Positions 59,170-60,934 of a stretch of 60,934 bases of DNA are shown here, in pieces. Positions within the stretch are counted from its first letter, which is position 1. Every line of letters begins with the position of its first letter. The DNA is from a virus: positions 1 through 60,934 of the IMG/VR virus record IMGVR_UViG_3300020385_000001; one strand, 5' to 3'. Both the position numbers and the translations under genes were made by a program. The notes beneath the pieces are model-generated. The model made no database searches. It saw nothing but the letters and a program-made list of their open reading frames with translations, and was not told the DNA's origin.

Positions 59170-60934
59170 TGTATAAGCAAACATTATATTCGATTATATC
59201 CGATTATGTAAAGCCTAATATATTAAAGAAAAAAAATAAACAAAAAAGCTGGGGATACGGATACAACAAAGAGCATGACTTAGTAATTATAAGTAAAACA
59301 GGTGAGCTTGGCGAAGTATATGATATTCAAGGCTTAAAAATAGGTCTACCATTAATACATAAATGCTTTAAAAGATCAAATAAAAAAGCTGAGCAGTTTT
59401 GGCAAAAGTTTAATTATCCTAAAGAGCTGAGTAAAATAAAAAGCGTTTTTGACTGGAATAATTATCCAGACAATTTTAAAGAACAATGGTACGATTATAT
59501 AGATAATGAATTTAAATATAGAGAAGAAGGCTTTGCGTTTTATAATAACGGCAATGAAGCTTACATTACTGGTACTCATTACATGTACTTGCAATGGACT
59601 AAAATTGACGTTGGGGCCGCTGAATTTAGGGAATCAAATAGATTATTCTACATTTTCTGGGAAGCATGCAAGGCAGATAGTAGATGTTACGGAATATGCT
59701 ATCTCAAAAACAGACGGTCTGGCTTTAGCTTCATGGCATCGAACGAAACTGTCAACCAAGCTACAATATCAAGCGACGCAAGATTTGGAATTTTATCAAA
59801 AACTGGGGCTGATGCCAAAAAAATGTTTACAGATAAAGTCGTTCCAATATCAACCAATTATCCTTTCTTCTTCAAGCCCGTTCAAGACGGTATGGATCGC
59901 CCCAAAACAGAGCTTGCTTACCGAGTGCCCGCCTCCAAACTAACTCGGCGCAAGATAGAAGTAGGCGAACAATTAGCGGATATTGATGGGCTTGATACTA
60001 CAATCGACTGGAAAAATACAGGCGATAACTCATATGATGGAGAAAAGCTAAAGCTTTTAGTTCACGATGAATCTGGTAAGTGGGAAAGACCAGATAATAT
60101 AATTAATAACTGGAGAGTAACAAAAACAACATTAAGGCTAGGAAGTAGAATAGTAGGCAAATGTATGATGGGTTCTACATCTAATGCTTTAGATAAAGGA
60201 GGCGAAAACTTCAAAAAATTATATGAAGGATCAGACGTTACAAAAAGAAACCGCAATGGACAGACTAGCTCAGGATTATATTCTTTGTTCATACCTATGG
60301 AATGGAATTACGAAGGATTCATTGATATGTTTGGATTACCTGTATTTGATACACCGGAAAAACCAGTCGAAAGTATTGACGGTACTCAAATAGAAACAGG
60401 TGTAATTGATTATTGGATGAACGAAGTTGATGGATTAAAAAAAGATCAAGACGCTTTAAACGAATTTTATAGACAATTTCCCCGAACTACACAGCATGCA
60501 TTTAGAGATGAAACAAAACAATCTTTATTTAATCTAACTAAGATTTATGAACAGATTGATTATATTGAGGAAACAAAATACACAGGTCTTATAACACAGG
60601 GTAATTTTCAATGGCGAGGAGGAATTAAAGATTCATTAGTTGAATTTCAGCCTAATAATAATGGGAGATTTTTTATTTCATGGATACCTCCTCAAAATAT
60701 GCAAAATCGATCTATATCTAAAGGTAATTTAAGATACCCGGCTAATGAACACTGTGGCGCTTTTGGCTGTGATAGTTATGATATATCAGGCACAGTAGAT
60801 GGGCGCGGATCAAAAGGATCTTTACACGGGCTCACTAAATTTACTATGGAAGACATACCCCCTAATCATTTCTTTTTAGAATATATTTCAAGGCCTGATA
60901 ACGCTGAAATATTTTTTGAAGATGTATTAATGGC
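59169..60934 (+). CDS. terL: Terminase large subunit, N-terminal part (open at the window end; continues at base 1 after removing the 77-bp overlap)
   Basis: Manual translation from the ATG at 59169 is stop-free to 60934. It shows ...YLKNRRSGFSFM (Walker A-like), KLLVHDESGKW (Walker B), GSTSN... The ORF is missing from the track because it has no stop in the window. Confidence 0.8.
   Translation, partial: MYKQTLYSIISDYVKPNILKKKNKQKSWGYGYNKEHDLVIISKTGELGEVYDIQGLKIGLPLIHKCFKRSNKKAEQFWQKFNYPKELSKIKSVFDWNNYPDNFKEQWYDYIDNEFKYREEGFAFYNNGNEAYITGTHYMYLQWTKIDVGAAEFRESNRLFYIFWEACKADSRCYGICYLKNRRSGFSFMASNETVNQATISSDARFGILSKTGADAKKMFTDKVVPISTNYPFFFKPVQDGMDRPKTELAYRVPASKLTRRKIEVGEQLADIDGLDTTIDWKNTGDNSYDGEKLKLLVHDESGKWERPDNIINNWRVTKTTLRLGSRIVGKCMMGSTSNALDKGGENFKKLYEGSDVTKRNRNGQTSSGLYSLFIPMEWNYEGFIDMFGLPVFDTPEKPVESIDGTQIETGVIDYWMNEVDGLKKDQDALNEFYRQFPRTTQHAFRDETKQSLFNLTKIYEQIDYIEETKYTGLITQGNFQWRGGIKDSLVEFQPNNNGRFFISWIPPQNMQNRSISKGNLRYPANEHCGAFGCDSYDISGTVDGRGSKGSLHGLTKFTMEDIPPNHFFLEYISRPDNAEIFFEDVLM
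60858..60934. repeat. 77-bp terminal direct repeat, right copy
   Basis: Identical to bases 1-77. Confidence 0.95.

Noticed and set aside
59506-59943. 145-aa plus-strand ORF in the track
   Set aside because: It is out of frame with, and wholly inside, the stop-free terL frame that starts at 59169. The terL frame has the Walker A/B motifs and this one has none.
1-60934. Stop-codon reassignment, introns or inteins, as seen in some Bacteroidota phages
   Set aside because: All large genes (terL, portal, 1468-aa, 2335-aa, nrdA, nrdB, primase-helicase, groL) are uninterrupted in the standard code. None has in-frame TAG/TGA clusters or split conserved motifs.

Overview
The window is a complete, circularly closed genome of an AT-rich tailed phage. 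Bases 1-77 are identical to 60858-60934, so the unique length is 60,857 bp, and the terminase large-subunit gene runs across the junction. No integrase or repressor is visible, so it looks lytic.

The genome has two arms. A plus-strand late arm runs from 41.9 kb through the junction to 25.7 kb. It encodes small Lys-rich proteins, five tail-fibre or receptor-binding genes, a GroEL/GroES pair, a holin, terL, portal, scaffold and capsid. A T7-like run of tail and internal-virion genes follows, including a 2335-aa protein, then a PAP2 phosphatase and an M15 endolysin.

A minus-strand early/middle arm runs from 41.6 kb down to 25.7 kb. It begins with about 30 tiny genes, many below the 60-aa ORF-track cutoff. 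It continues with a DnaA-domain-IV-like protein, an HTH protein, a sigma-70 family factor, an Erf/exonuclease/SSB recombination module and a T7 gp4-like primase-helicase. It ends with a ThyA homolog, MazG pyrophosphatases, a T7 endonuclease-I-like resolvase and class I RNR. No DNA or RNA polymerase is recognisable.

Genes lack Shine-Dalgarno sequences and have A- or A/C-rich leaders, and the SSB-like protein ends in DDLPF. I read this as a Bacteroidota (Flavobacteriia-type, probably marine) host, which is inference only.

The most interesting signals are:
1. The ThyA homolog has Asp at the invariant dUMP-specifying Asn, which predicts dCMP methylation or hydroxymethylation and cytosine-modified DNA.
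2. A rigid 36-nt bipartite motif occurs 8 times in the early region, with tandem half-sites at the strand-switch region.
3. A second element of about 47 nt occurs 3 times in two orientations.
4. The phage carries a full GroEL+GroES chaperonin pair.
5. A soluble PAP2/class-A acid-phosphatase-like gene lies next to the lysis and virion genes.
6. Three glycine-rich fibre paralogs have bodies nested inside a conserved fibre motif.

All functional calls rest on motifs read by eye. No database search, HMM or folding program was run.
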